From UHGV virus genome UHGV-0204589: a DNA stretch of 44,194 nucleotides; one strand, given 5' to 3'. A program made the position numbers and the translations under genes. Positions 1 through 7,589 of the stretch are shown here, one piece after another (position 1 is the stretch's first letter; each line of letters begins with the position of its first letter). This DNA is from a virus. The notes under the pieces were generated by a model. The model had not been told where the DNA came from, ran no database searches, and was given only the letters and a program-made list of their open reading frames with translations.

Positions 1-9
1 CTGGTCAGA

Positions 10-426
10 ATGCTGATATGTCACGATATACTTTCTGACCCTGGGCCGGGACCTATCAGACCTCCTTTACCCGGCCCGAAAGGAGGGATTGAAGTGAGAA
101 AACGTACTAAGAATTTTACAATTATCCAGTGTGTTGTATATAACTCCTTGGGAGTAGGCAAAGAAAGCGCCAGGCGTATCCGGGAAGCAATTGAGGCTCT
201 GCGCCATATTAGGCCTATTTTGAACCTGGATGATGGTGACGGATATTATATACCAGATACAACCCCACAGGGTCGCCAGGAAGTAGCCTTATGGCTATCC
301 AGGCAGGATAGGAGGATACAGAGCATAAAGGCAGCAGAACGTGGAGCACAGCTATTTATAAGCCGGAATAAGAAAAAAGACAAAGATATTCCCGGTCAGA
401 TTAGTATGTTTGGAGCTGGGTTATGA
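10..426 (+). CDS. hypothetical protein (Pro/Gly-rich N-terminus); reading frame open to the window edge, so the 5' end may lie outside the window
   Basis: 138-aa ORF; no stop in-frame between nt 1 and the ATG at 10; 3' end overlaps next gene start (ATGA); no recognisable motif. Confidence 0.4.
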   Translation: MLICHDILSDPGPGPIRPPLPGPKGGIEVRKRTKNFTIIQCVVYNSLGVGKESARRIREAIEALRHIRPILNLDDGDGYYIPDTTPQGRQEVALWLSRQDRRIQSIKAAERGAQLFISRNKKKDKDIPGQISMFGAGL

Positions 427-1082
427 GAGATAGTGTTGTATTTTATCGCAGCTTCTGGGAAGCCATTAAGCAACTGCCGGAAAAAGAAAGATTGGAATCT
501 CTTACAGCAATCTTAGAATATGGACTTGATGAAATAGAACCTAAATCAGCAGGTGTTGCATCAGCAATGTTTTTAATGGCAAAACCACAAATTGATGCGA
601 ATAATCGTAGATACCAAAACGGAACCAAGGGTGGTAGGCCAGTAACCAAAACAGAACCAAACAATAACCTAGAATCCAATTATAATAAACCAAGCGATAA
701 CCAAACCATAACCAAAGCAAAACCTAAGGAAAAGGATAATGTAAAGGAAAAGGATAATGTAAATGATAATAATAAAAAAACATTTACTCCACCTTCGGTG
801 TCGGATGTGTCCGATTATTGCAATTTGAATGGATATGGCATTGACCCAGAGAGTTTTGTTGATTTTTATGCATCAAAGGGATGGATGGTTGGTAAAAACA
901 AAATGAAGGACTGGAAAGCCTCGGTGAGGACCTGGGTGAGAAGCCAGCGGCAGGAATTGACCGCCAAAGGCAGTAAAAACCAGTTTCACAATTTTGACCA
1001 ACGAGACACCGATTATGATGCATTGATGCTAAAACAGGTACAGGACTGGGTAGGAGAGAAACAGGATGAAGGAAATACATAA
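423..1082 (+). CDS. phage replisome organizer / DnaD-like replication protein with conserved phage C-terminal domain
   Basis: N-terminus FYRSFWEAIKQLP...RRYQNGTKGGRP typical of phage replisome-organizer N-domain; Asn/Lys-rich linker; C-terminal FVDFYASKGWMVGKNKMKDWKASVRTW matches conserved phage replication-protein C-terminus (family assignment from memory). Confidence 0.6.
   Translation: MRDSVVFYRSFWEAIKQLPEKERLESLTAILEYGLDEIEPKSAGVASAMFLMAKPQIDANNRRYQNGTKGGRPVTKTEPNNNLESNYNKPSDNQTITKAKPKEKDNVKEKDNVNDNNKKTFTPPSVSDVSDYCNLNGYGIDPESFVDFYASKGWMVGKNKMKDWKASVRTWVRSQRQELTAKGSKNQFHNFDQRDTDYDALMLKQVQDWVGEKQDEGNT
726..761. repeat. perfect 18-bp tandem duplication (AAGGAAAAGGATAATGTA x2) inside the linker of the replisome organizer (encodes KEKDNV x2)
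   Basis: seen directly in sequence. Confidence 0.9.
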
Positions 1083-1133
1083 AAAAATACTGATGTTTGC
1101 AAATCGGTATTTTACAGAGAAAGCAGGTGTAGC

Positions 1134-1409
1134 ATGGTAAACAGTGCAATTTATGAAAAAGTTACATATAAGCAAATTGATGATATGAAACACGCCCTAG
1201 GATTTGACAAAAGGAAGGTGCGCGGAACAAAGCATAGGCGATATGAGCCATACCGAAACTATTTCAATACAGGGGAGTGTGATGTTGAGGATTGGGAGCA
1301 GCTTGTCACTATCGGATTTGCCACAAAGAGCCGAGATAATTGGTACCATGTGTCTGATGATGGCCGGATATTTTTGGAGCGGGTAACGGGAGTCAAGTTT
1401 CTCCCATAG
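1134..1409 (+). CDS. hypothetical protein
   Basis: 91-aa ORF following replication gene, same strand. Confidence 0.45.
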   Translation: MVNSAIYEKVTYKQIDDMKHALGFDKRKVRGTKHRRYEPYRNYFNTGECDVEDWEQLVTIGFATKSRDNWYHVSDDGRIFLERVTGVKFLP

Positions 1410-1442
1410 AGTAACTAAATTAACATTTAAGGAGTAAGGGGC

Positions 1443-1616
1443 ATGATAAAAAACAAAGAAATATTAGCATTGATTGAACAGAAAAAGCGGGAAATATCCT
1501 GTGACAACTGTAAACATTGTGACCAGGGAGCCTATCATAGCGGCAAGTGGTACTGCAAAAAGAAAAGTGTTTTTGATTGCTCCATACAAATTCAGGGGTG
1601 CTTTGAAAGAAATTAG
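1443..1616 (+). CDS. small CxxC/CxxC zinc-ribbon protein (57 aa)
   Basis: RBS TAAGGAG 8 nt upstream of ATG; CDNCKHC...CKKKSVFDC motif; below 60-aa ORF-track cutoff. Confidence 0.4.
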   Translation: MIKNKEILALIEQKKREISCDNCKHCDQGAYHSGKWYCKKKSVFDCSIQIQGCFERN

Positions 1617-1691
1617 GATTAATAAAAAAAAGGAGGAATGAACATGAGAATGCCAAATTTAGGAGATACAACTTTTTAACAGTAAAACAAC

Positions 1692-1848
1692 TTAAAACTT
1701 TTGGGAATAAAAAAGAGCCTTGCGGCCCTGCCCGACGTTTTGCAAAAGTGAGGAATTACAACCTCACAAGGGTCTACTGGCGGCTTTGCGTTCCCTGTTA
1801 TTTAATTTGATTATAGCAATTTTTTGAGAATTATACAATAGCAATATT
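1692..1848. repeat. copy 1 of a dispersed ~100-bp intergenic element (promoter-like TTGATT-17-ATTATA) carrying a 58-bp insertion (1732-1789) with hairpin GTGAGG-8nt-CCTCAC
   Basis: 98/99 identity to 41232-41330 apart from the indel; both copies sit just upstream of + strand genes. Confidence 0.8.
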
Positions 1849-1881
1849 AACGTTTAGGCGAAAAGCCGGAAAGGGTAAAGA

Positions 1882-2178
1882 ATGAATACAGGGTTATTTG
1901 ATAAAAATGGAATGCCTATCTATGTTGGAGATAGAACCAGACTGGTGCTGGAAGATGGAGAGGTTCGGGAATTTGAAGTGTGTTTCAAAACGGTTCCGAG
2001 GACAACTATTAAAACTCTTCGTGGTTTTGAACCGGAGAGCGTAGACGTGTCTATCACAGGAATTTTCTTTTGCTGGGAAGGGAATGACTTACTCCCATGT
2101 GTGGATGAGAACGGAATTTCTGATGTAGAGAAAATGGAAGTGATTCAACCTCCGGTTTGGGGTGCAAATAGTTTGTAG
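1882..2178 (+). CDS. hypothetical protein
   Basis: 98-aa ORF downstream of repeated promoter-like element. Confidence 0.5.
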   Translation: MNTGLFDKNGMPIYVGDRTRLVLEDGEVREFEVCFKTVPRTTIKTLRGFEPESVDVSITGIFFCWEGNDLLPCVDENGISDVEKMEVIQPPVWGANSL

Positions 2179-2199
2179 AAATTGATATTTTAATAAAAC

Positions 2200-2421
2200 A
2201 TGGAAAGAGTGATAAAATTGCGGAAATTATTATTAAAAATTGCACATAAAATCCTAAAAAAATATGGGGTGATTCCTCTGTGTTTTCAAGACAAAGTACT
2301 TTTTATGGGAAAAATTTATGAAATTCAGAGTTGTGATATTTCAAAAGATTTTTATAAAACTAATGCAACTATAAAGATGAGTGATTGCTTTAAAGTATTT
2401 AATACGGAATACGACATTTAG
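2200..2421 (+). CDS. hypothetical protein (Lys-rich, very AT-rich)
   Basis: 73-aa ORF; strongly AT-skewed codon usage suggests foreign moron. Confidence 0.4.
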   Translation: MERVIKLRKLLLKIAHKILKKYGVIPLCFQDKVLFMGKIYEIQSCDISKDFYKTNATIKMSDCFKVFNTEYDI

Positions 2422-2422
2422 T

Positions 2423-2513
2423 GGCGGTGTGTGGTACACAGGGCGGGGTTCAACTCCCCGGACAGACCATGGTGGAAAGTAAGAGGGTGCCGGTTCGACT
2501 CCGGCCGCCGCCA
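2423..2513 (+). tRNA. tRNA-like element (~91 nt): 7-bp acceptor stem, canonical T-arm, long irregular middle containing a second T-arm-like hairpin; possibly type-II-like or pseudo tRNA
   Basis: GGCGGTG pairs with CGCCGCC (one G-U) 84 nt apart; GCCGG-TTCGACT-CCGGC T-arm; internal CGGGG-TTCAACT-CCCCG hairpin; no clean D-arm; minus-strand ORF here is the usual GVEP artefact. Confidence 0.5.
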
Positions 2514-2742
2514 ACTTAAAATTTTTATGAGGTATTACTATCAACACTTATTACTACGAATCTAAGTCAATAGAGTATATGCAAGGGAATTTTATTGATG
2601 CCGAAACAGCGAGTAAAGCAAAATATCTAATATGGCTAAAAGGTGCCTGTGAATACTTTGATTGTTTTGAAGACTTTATTCGGGACATAAAAATCAGGAA
2701 AATAAATTAACGTTTAGTCTGGCAAGCAAGAAAGGAAATAGT

Positions 2743-2958
2743 ATGGGAAAAAGAGATATTAAATGTTCTTCGTGTGAAAATAGTAAGTGGTCTGAATACT
2801 TTCAGGCATGGACATGTGAACACCCAGAATGTAAAGAAGTTCCAATATTCAAAGGCTCTACCCATCCGCATTGCTGTCCGCTGGTGGGAGGTAAGAAATA
2901 TATATGTCATAGAAACCATAAACCAACGATAGAAGTCAGATTGCCACTGCGTGGCTAA
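2743..2958 (+). CDS. Cys/His-rich putative zinc-binding protein
   Basis: RBS AAGAAAGGAAA; CSSCEN...CEHPEC...HPHCC motif. Confidence 0.5.
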   Translation: MGKRDIKCSSCENSKWSEYFQAWTCEHPECKEVPIFKGSTHPHCCPLVGGKKYICHRNHKPTIEVRLPLRG

Positions 2959-3008
2959 ACTGACATTGATGAAAAATTGTGTATACATACACAGAAAGGG
3001 GCAGAGGT

Positions 3009-3176
3009 ATGGCAAGACCAAAGAAAGAGACCGATAAGAAGTATATCCGGCAGAACATAAGCATGGACCCGGAACAACTAAAACGGGTAACCGCCTACTG
3101 CCAGAAAGAGGACAGGGCTATAAGCTGGGTAATCCGGCAGGCCCTGGACAGGTATCTTAATAATAACGTTGCGTAA
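3009..3176 (+). CDS. ribbon-helix-helix (CopG/Arc-like) DNA-binding protein
   Basis: RBS GAAAGGGG before ATG at 3009; DPEQLKRVTAYCQKEDRAISWVIRQALDRYL is a typical RHH pattern; upstream ATG at 2979 lacks RBS. Confidence 0.6.
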   Translation: MARPKKETDKKYIRQNISMDPEQLKRVTAYCQKEDRAISWVIRQALDRYLNNNVA

Positions 3177-3305
3177 CATTGCGTATCGTTACACAACAAA
3201 ACTGAGATTTTCCGACTAAAGAAAAATAAATAGAGGAACATATATGCACAGAATAAAAACTGAGCGATGGTCACCCGCCAAGATGAATCCACCGCTCCCG
3301 TAAAT

Positions 3306-3337
3306 ACGTCTGAGTATATTATATCTCACTCAGACGT
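3306..3337. promoter_or_regulatory. 10-bp perfect inverted repeat ACGTCTGAGT-12nt-ACTCAGACGT with AT-rich spacer, 30 nt upstream of the recombinase gene; candidate dif/lox-like core site or operator
   Basis: seen in sequence; arms extend imperfectly to ~12 bp. Confidence 0.5.
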
Positions 3338-3367
3338 GAAAATCAATACGAATGGGAGGATATAATT

Positions 3368-4414
3368 ATGAGTACACAGACAATTAAAGCTGAAATAATC
3401 AACAATGTACTGGTAGCAATGTCCTTATATATCATGGAGCAACAGACTCTTACCATTCTGCAAAATGTAATGCAGCAGGAATTGGTAAGGGTAAATATGG
3501 AGGAAATAACTACTCTTCCGGCAGAAAGAAAAGATGATATAAGCCAGCGGAATCAGTACATAATACAATTATTCCTGATTAAAAAACGCGATTTGGCAAA
3601 AGGAACTAAACAAAACTATCTTAATGCCATACGAAGATTGCTGACAGAGATAAGCACAAAATCACTGGACCAGATGGATACCACTGATATTGATTGGTAT
3701 TTATCGCGGTATGAAATTAGAAATGTATCTGCCGGGGGAAAGAAAAACCAGCCTAGTACCTATAATAACGAGCGCAGATTTCTGTCAGCATTCTTCGCAT
3801 GGATGCGCCTTGAAAAGCTTATTACAGATAATCCGGTAGAGTCTATACCAGCTAAAAAAGTACCCATTAAACCAATTGATTACTACAGCCCAGAAGAATC
3901 TGCAAGGTTAAGGGATGCGTGCAAAAATATCCGTGAGAGAGCCTTGCTGGAGGTACTTCGAAGTACTGGGGCAAGGATAGGGGAGATTGCAGAAATAACC
4001 CTGGACCAGATAGACATGAGAACAGGAGATGTATTAATTCAGGGGGAAAAAGGCGGTAGATACCGTACTATATATTTGGATGATGATGCAAGATATTATT
4101 ATGGCCTATACTTAGACAATCGGACAGATGATTGCCCATATATGTTTCCGCGTTCAAGGAAACCATATGGGAAAATGACTACTTGCGGTTTTCGAGCCAT
4201 AATAAAATCCATAGGAAAAAGGGCAGGACTTACATGCAGGGTTTATCCGCACAAATCCAGAAAAACATTAGGAATGAATCTTAGAAATCACGGTGTAGAG
4301 ATAGGAATTATACAGGAAATTTTTGGACATGCAAGTTCGGAAGTAACAATGAAATTTTATGCTCAGACTGATAATAGAAGACTGCGTAGCATTAGGGAAA
4401 GGGTGGCAGTATAG
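3368..4414 (+). CDS. tyrosine site-specific recombinase, XerC/D/XerS/Cre-like (second recombinase of the element)
   Basis: RBS GGGAGGA; catalytic signature LRSTGARIGE, HKSRKTLG, GHASSEVTMKFYA (R...H-x-x-R...H...Y). Confidence 0.85.
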   Translation: MSTQTIKAEIINNVLVAMSLYIMEQQTLTILQNVMQQELVRVNMEEITTLPAERKDDISQRNQYIIQLFLIKKRDLAKGTKQNYLNAIRRLLTEISTKSLDQMDTTDIDWYLSRYEIRNVSAGGKKNQPSTYNNERRFLSAFFAWMRLEKLITDNPVESIPAKKVPIKPIDYYSPEESARLRDACKNIRERALLEVLRSTGARIGEIAEITLDQIDMRTGDVLIQGEKGGRYRTIYLDDDARYYYGLYLDNRTDDCPYMFPRSRKPYGKMTTCGFRAIIKSIGKRAGLTCRVYPHKSRKTLGMNLRNHGVEIGIIQEIFGHASSEVTMKFYAQTDNRRLRSIRERVAV

Positions 4415-4419
4415 AAAGG

Positions 4420-4728
4420 ATGGACATGAGAACCAGATATAAAAACTACAGCGACTATGGTATTACTGATGATGAATCCAAGCGCATAAAAGAATACTGC
4501 CAGAACGCCAGCGTAGAAGATAAGCTTACATTGTTCCAGTGTGCCATATCCTCTGCTCCTGGCCTGGAAGTGGAAATATATGAGAGCCTTGTGGGTAACA
4601 TCGGATATGACAAGCTGAGTAAGAGGAAGAACATACCAATTAAACGGGATGATTTTTATGGGTACCAAAGAAAGACGCTGGATGAATATAGGAGATTAAT
4701 GACATTGTTTGGGAGGTGGAAAGGATGA
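4420..4728 (+). CDS. hypothetical protein, translationally coupled to recombinase
   Basis: RBS AAAGGA; starts 5 nt after recombinase stop. Confidence 0.5.
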   Translation: MDMRTRYKNYSDYGITDDESKRIKEYCQNASVEDKLTLFQCAISSAPGLEVEIYESLVGNIGYDKLSKRKNIPIKRDDFYGYQRKTLDEYRRLMTLFGRWKG

Positions 4729-4893
4729 AAAATGGTCATATAAAGGCAAGCGAATTATTGTGAATTGGTGACAGCTAGACTTTGGGTGCTAATATCATTA
4801 CCACACCCATGTGTAGAATAATGTGGGGACGATTTGCATTAACCACATATGATAAAATTAGTATAGGACTATTATACCACATGGGGTAAAAAC

Positions 4894-5085
4894 ATGATTA
4901 TTAATCTATTAAAGCGATGCTGTGAAAACTGTATTCATATTAATGCAAAAGCCGAAAATGAAACTGAATTATATAGAAACATGATGGATTCTAATATTAC
5001 GAGAAAAACAACAGCAACCATATGGTGTTCACATATGGAAGTATGTAAAGAATACCGTGAGGCAAAAAGAAAAGATGAATCTTAA
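4894..5085 (+). CDS. hypothetical Cys-containing small protein
   Basis: 63-aa ORF. Confidence 0.4.
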   Translation: MIINLLKRCCENCIHINAKAENETELYRNMMDSNITRKTTATIWCSHMEVCKEYREAKRKDES

Positions 5086-5338
5086 TTCGATTATGAAAAA
5101 GCTCCAGCGTGCCATATTGCAGACCAGACTTGTAATTAAGATATCCACCAATCAATTCTATAGCGAGGAACAGGGGCGCATGATAACCATATGGATATTA
5201 AGCACCCCTGTGCTACAGCAGGATAAGCATGGGGAGTGGAAAACAAGGGATTATGAAATACTGCGGAGTGCATCGGGGATTGAGATTGTGAAGTGCTTGC
5301 AGGAGATATGGGAGGCGGTGAAGGGATGGAAAAGATAA
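5075..5338 (+). CDS. hypothetical protein
   Basis: ORF 5057-5338, probable start at MNLNSIMKK. Confidence 0.4.
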   Translation: MNLNSIMKKLQRAILQTRLVIKISTNQFYSEEQGRMITIWILSTPVLQQDKHGEWKTRDYEILRSASGIEIVKCLQEIWEAVKGWKR

Positions 5339-5514
5339 AATTGTTACCTTGTCCGTTTTGTGGCGGGAGTCCAGAAAAAACAAGAAATGGCGGATTGAAA
5401 GGCATACACTGTAGCAATCCGGGATGTATAGCATTTAACATACAAGCGTTTTATTGCCGTTGGAAAAAGGCTATACATGCATGGAACAGAAGGTATGATA
5501 AGGATGGTGGTTAA
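5326..5514 (+). CDS. Lar-family restriction-alleviation-like zinc-ribbon protein
   Basis: RBS GGAGGCGG; MEKIKLLPCPFCGG...C.NPGC...AIHAWNRR matches the Lar small-protein pattern. Confidence 0.6.
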   Translation: MEKIKLLPCPFCGGSPEKTRNGGLKGIHCSNPGCIAFNIQAFYCRWKKAIHAWNRRYDKDGG

Positions 5515-5904
5515 GTGGAGCTTACACCAAAGCAGAAAGCGTTTGCTGATTATTATATAGAGTGCGGGAATGCAACGGAGGCGGCGAAGAAAGCTGGGTA
5601 CAAAGAAAAGGCTGCATACGCTACTGGCGCAGAGAACCTCAAAAAACCTCAGATAATCGCATACATCGAGGAACGGCAGAAACAGATAGAAGACAGCCGT
5701 ATTGCCTCTGCCGCGGAAATAATGCAATATTTCACATCTGTCATGCGCGGCGAGATGAAAGACCAATTTGGACTTGATGCTCCGCTGGCGGAAAGAACGA
5801 AAGCTGCTGTAGAACTAGCAAAGCGCAAGGTAGATGTAGCGCAGAATGCAGATACCGGCGGAATTGTTATAGTGAACAACATACCGAGGCCAGGGAAGGA
5901 GTAG
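5515..5904 (+). CDS. terS: terminase small subunit (P27/Terminase_2 family)
   Basis: GTG start; LTPKQKAFADYYIECGNATEAAKKAGYKEKAAYATGAENLKKPQIIAYI is the classic terS N-terminus. Confidence 0.85.
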   Translation: MELTPKQKAFADYYIECGNATEAAKKAGYKEKAAYATGAENLKKPQIIAYIEERQKQIEDSRIASAAEIMQYFTSVMRGEMKDQFGLDAPLAERTKAAVELAKRKVDVAQNADTGGIVIVNNIPRPGKE

Positions 5905-5908
5905 GGAA

Positions 5909-6106
5909 ATGAAAGAATTGAAGAAATGCCCGTTTTGTGGTGGAGAAATTAGCATAATAAAACAAAAGTGTTTAAACACAGGTTTTAAAAGCTATAAATT
6001 ATTTCATGGTTCTGATAGGTATTGTGTTTTGAATGACATAGTGTTCCCTCGGGTGTACGAGCAAAAGGAAACCGCAATAAAATCATGGAACAGACGAATG
6101 CTGTAA
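5909..6106 (+). CDS. Lar-family restriction-alleviation-like zinc-ribbon protein (second paralog)
   Basis: MKELKKCPFCGG...AIKSWNRR. Confidence 0.6.
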   Translation: MKELKKCPFCGGEISIIKQKCLNTGFKSYKLFHGSDRYCVLNDIVFPRVYEQKETAIKSWNRRML

Positions 6107-7344
6107 ATTTAACCGACATCGTAGCCCCTGCCTTTTACTCCGTCCATTGGGACATTCTGGATGGAAATCACACATACTATGACCTGTACGGAGGGCGCGG
6201 CTCTACGAAGTCCTCTTTCATATCAACGGAAATTGTCTTGGGTATGATGCAGGACGCAAAAGACGGAGTTTTCAGCAATGCGGTAGTGTTCCGTAAGGTC
6301 GGCAACACCCTACGGGAATCCGTCTTTGAGCAGATTGCATGGGCGATTGACGCGCTGGGGGCAAATGACCTGTGGGCGTCAAGCGTAAGTCCCATGCAGT
6401 ATGTATATAAGCCTACCGGACAGAAAATCATCTTCCGAGGGCTGGATAAGGCTAAGAAAACGAAGTCCATTAAGACGAGCCGGGGATATTTCAAATACCT
6501 CTGGCTTGAGGAACTTGATGAGTTCGCAGGAATTGAAGAAATCCGAACGGTGCAGCAGTCTGTTCTCCGTGGCGGCAGTAAGTTTGTGGTTTTTAAATCC
6601 TTCAACCCGCCAATCAGCCGGAGCAACTGGGCGAATGTGTACGTCAACGAGCCGAGAGAGAACAGCCTACGGCATAAGAGCACATACAAGGAGGTTGACC
6701 CGGAATGGTTAGGACAGCAGTTTATTGATGACGCTGAGCATCTAAAAGCGACCAATCCGAGAGCCTATGAGCATGAGTATCTCGGGGAGCCTGTCGGACT
6801 TGGAACAAATATCTTTGATATGCTGGAAGTGCGAGAGATTACGGACGAAGAAATAAGTCGAATGGAGCGTATCTATCAAGGCCAAGACTGGGGTTGGTAT
6901 CCCGACCCGAAAGCCTTTATTCGGGCGGCGTATATCCATAATACCGAAACAATCTATCTGCTGGACGAGCTGGGCGGCTGTAAAATCCGCAACAGCAAAA
7001 TGGCAGAGGATATAAAGGAAAAGGGCTATGATGATTATGAAATCCGCTGTGGCGCTGATGAACAGGAAAGCATTGTAGACTTCCGGGACGCTGGACTTCC
7101 GGCCAGACAAGCCAACGTAGGACCAGGAAGCGTCAAATATACCTTTGAATGGCTCCAGTGCCGGACGATTATTATAGACCCCGCCAGAACGCCGAGGGCA
7201 TATAAAGAAATTATAGAGTATGAACACGAAGTAGACAGTAACGGGGAAGTGATTGCGGATTATCCAGACCACAATAACCATTGGATAGATGCTTTGCGAT
7301 ATGCGACAAGCCCGCTGTCGATGAGAAGGGGAAACAGCGCATGA
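6085..7344 (+). CDS. terL: terminase large subunit (PBSX-type)
   Basis: Walker A YGGRGSTKS; C-terminal nuclease-domain acidic residues; 419 aa. Confidence 0.9.
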   Translation: MEQTNAVNLTDIVAPAFYSVHWDILDGNHTYYDLYGGRGSTKSSFISTEIVLGMMQDAKDGVFSNAVVFRKVGNTLRESVFEQIAWAIDALGANDLWASSVSPMQYVYKPTGQKIIFRGLDKAKKTKSIKTSRGYFKYLWLEELDEFAGIEEIRTVQQSVLRGGSKFVVFKSFNPPISRSNWANVYVNEPRENSLRHKSTYKEVDPEWLGQQFIDDAEHLKATNPRAYEHEYLGEPVGLGTNIFDMLEVREITDEEISRMERIYQGQDWGWYPDPKAFIRAAYIHNTETIYLLDELGGCKIRNSKMAEDIKEKGYDDYEIRCGADEQESIVDFRDAGLPARQANVGPGSVKYTFEWLQCRTIIIDPARTPRAYKEIIEYEHEVDSNGEVIADYPDHNNHWIDALRYATSPLSMRRGNSA

Positions 7345-7589
7345 CAGAATATAGCAAAAAGCGAGTAGGACAATTTTTAAAAAAGTATGTTGATATTTCC
7401 CCCGGTCATTCATACACAGAGGAATGCGTTATACGGCAAGGAATAAATGTATTGATATCAAACTGCATCTATACACCTAAATTATTGCAGAGACAGATAT
7501 TAAAGGAACAATCGGTATTGTTACCTTTGAGCTATATTGATAATTGCGCAAGATATGGGGGATTAAATGGGACTAATAACATGGGCTAA
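7341..7589 (+). CDS. hypothetical protein (start overlaps terL stop, ATGA)
   Basis: MTEYSKKRVGQFLKK...; likely start within ORF 7281-7589. Confidence 0.45.
   Translation: MTEYSKKRVGQFLKKYVDISPGHSYTEECVIRQGINVLISNCIYTPKLLQRQILKEQSVLLPLSYIDNCARYGGLNGTNNMG

Noticed and set aside
1644-1679. 11-codon ORF with perfect AGGAGG RBS (MRMPNLGDTTF)
   Set aside because: It is too short to call. It could be a leader peptide ahead of the repeated promoter element, but there is no supporting structure.
1846-1857. 12-mer ATTAACGTTTAG shared with 2707-2718 upstream of gene starts
   Set aside because: A 12-mer repeat is expected many times by chance at this length, so it is not evidence of a motif.
2341-2547. 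68-aa minus-strand ORF containing GVEP...GVEP
   Set aside because: It is the reverse-strand translation of the two T-arm-like hairpins of the tRNA-like element.
4820-4834. 15-mer AATGTGGGGACGATT shared with 18890-18904, both just upstream of small Cys-rich genes
   Set aside because: In a 44-kb window about one exact 15-mer repeat is expected by chance. Noted only because of the similar context.
6177-7413. Long minus-strand ORFs (192 aa, 223 aa) inside terL
   Set aside because: They lie antisense within a strongly supported terminase gene, so they are shadow ORFs.
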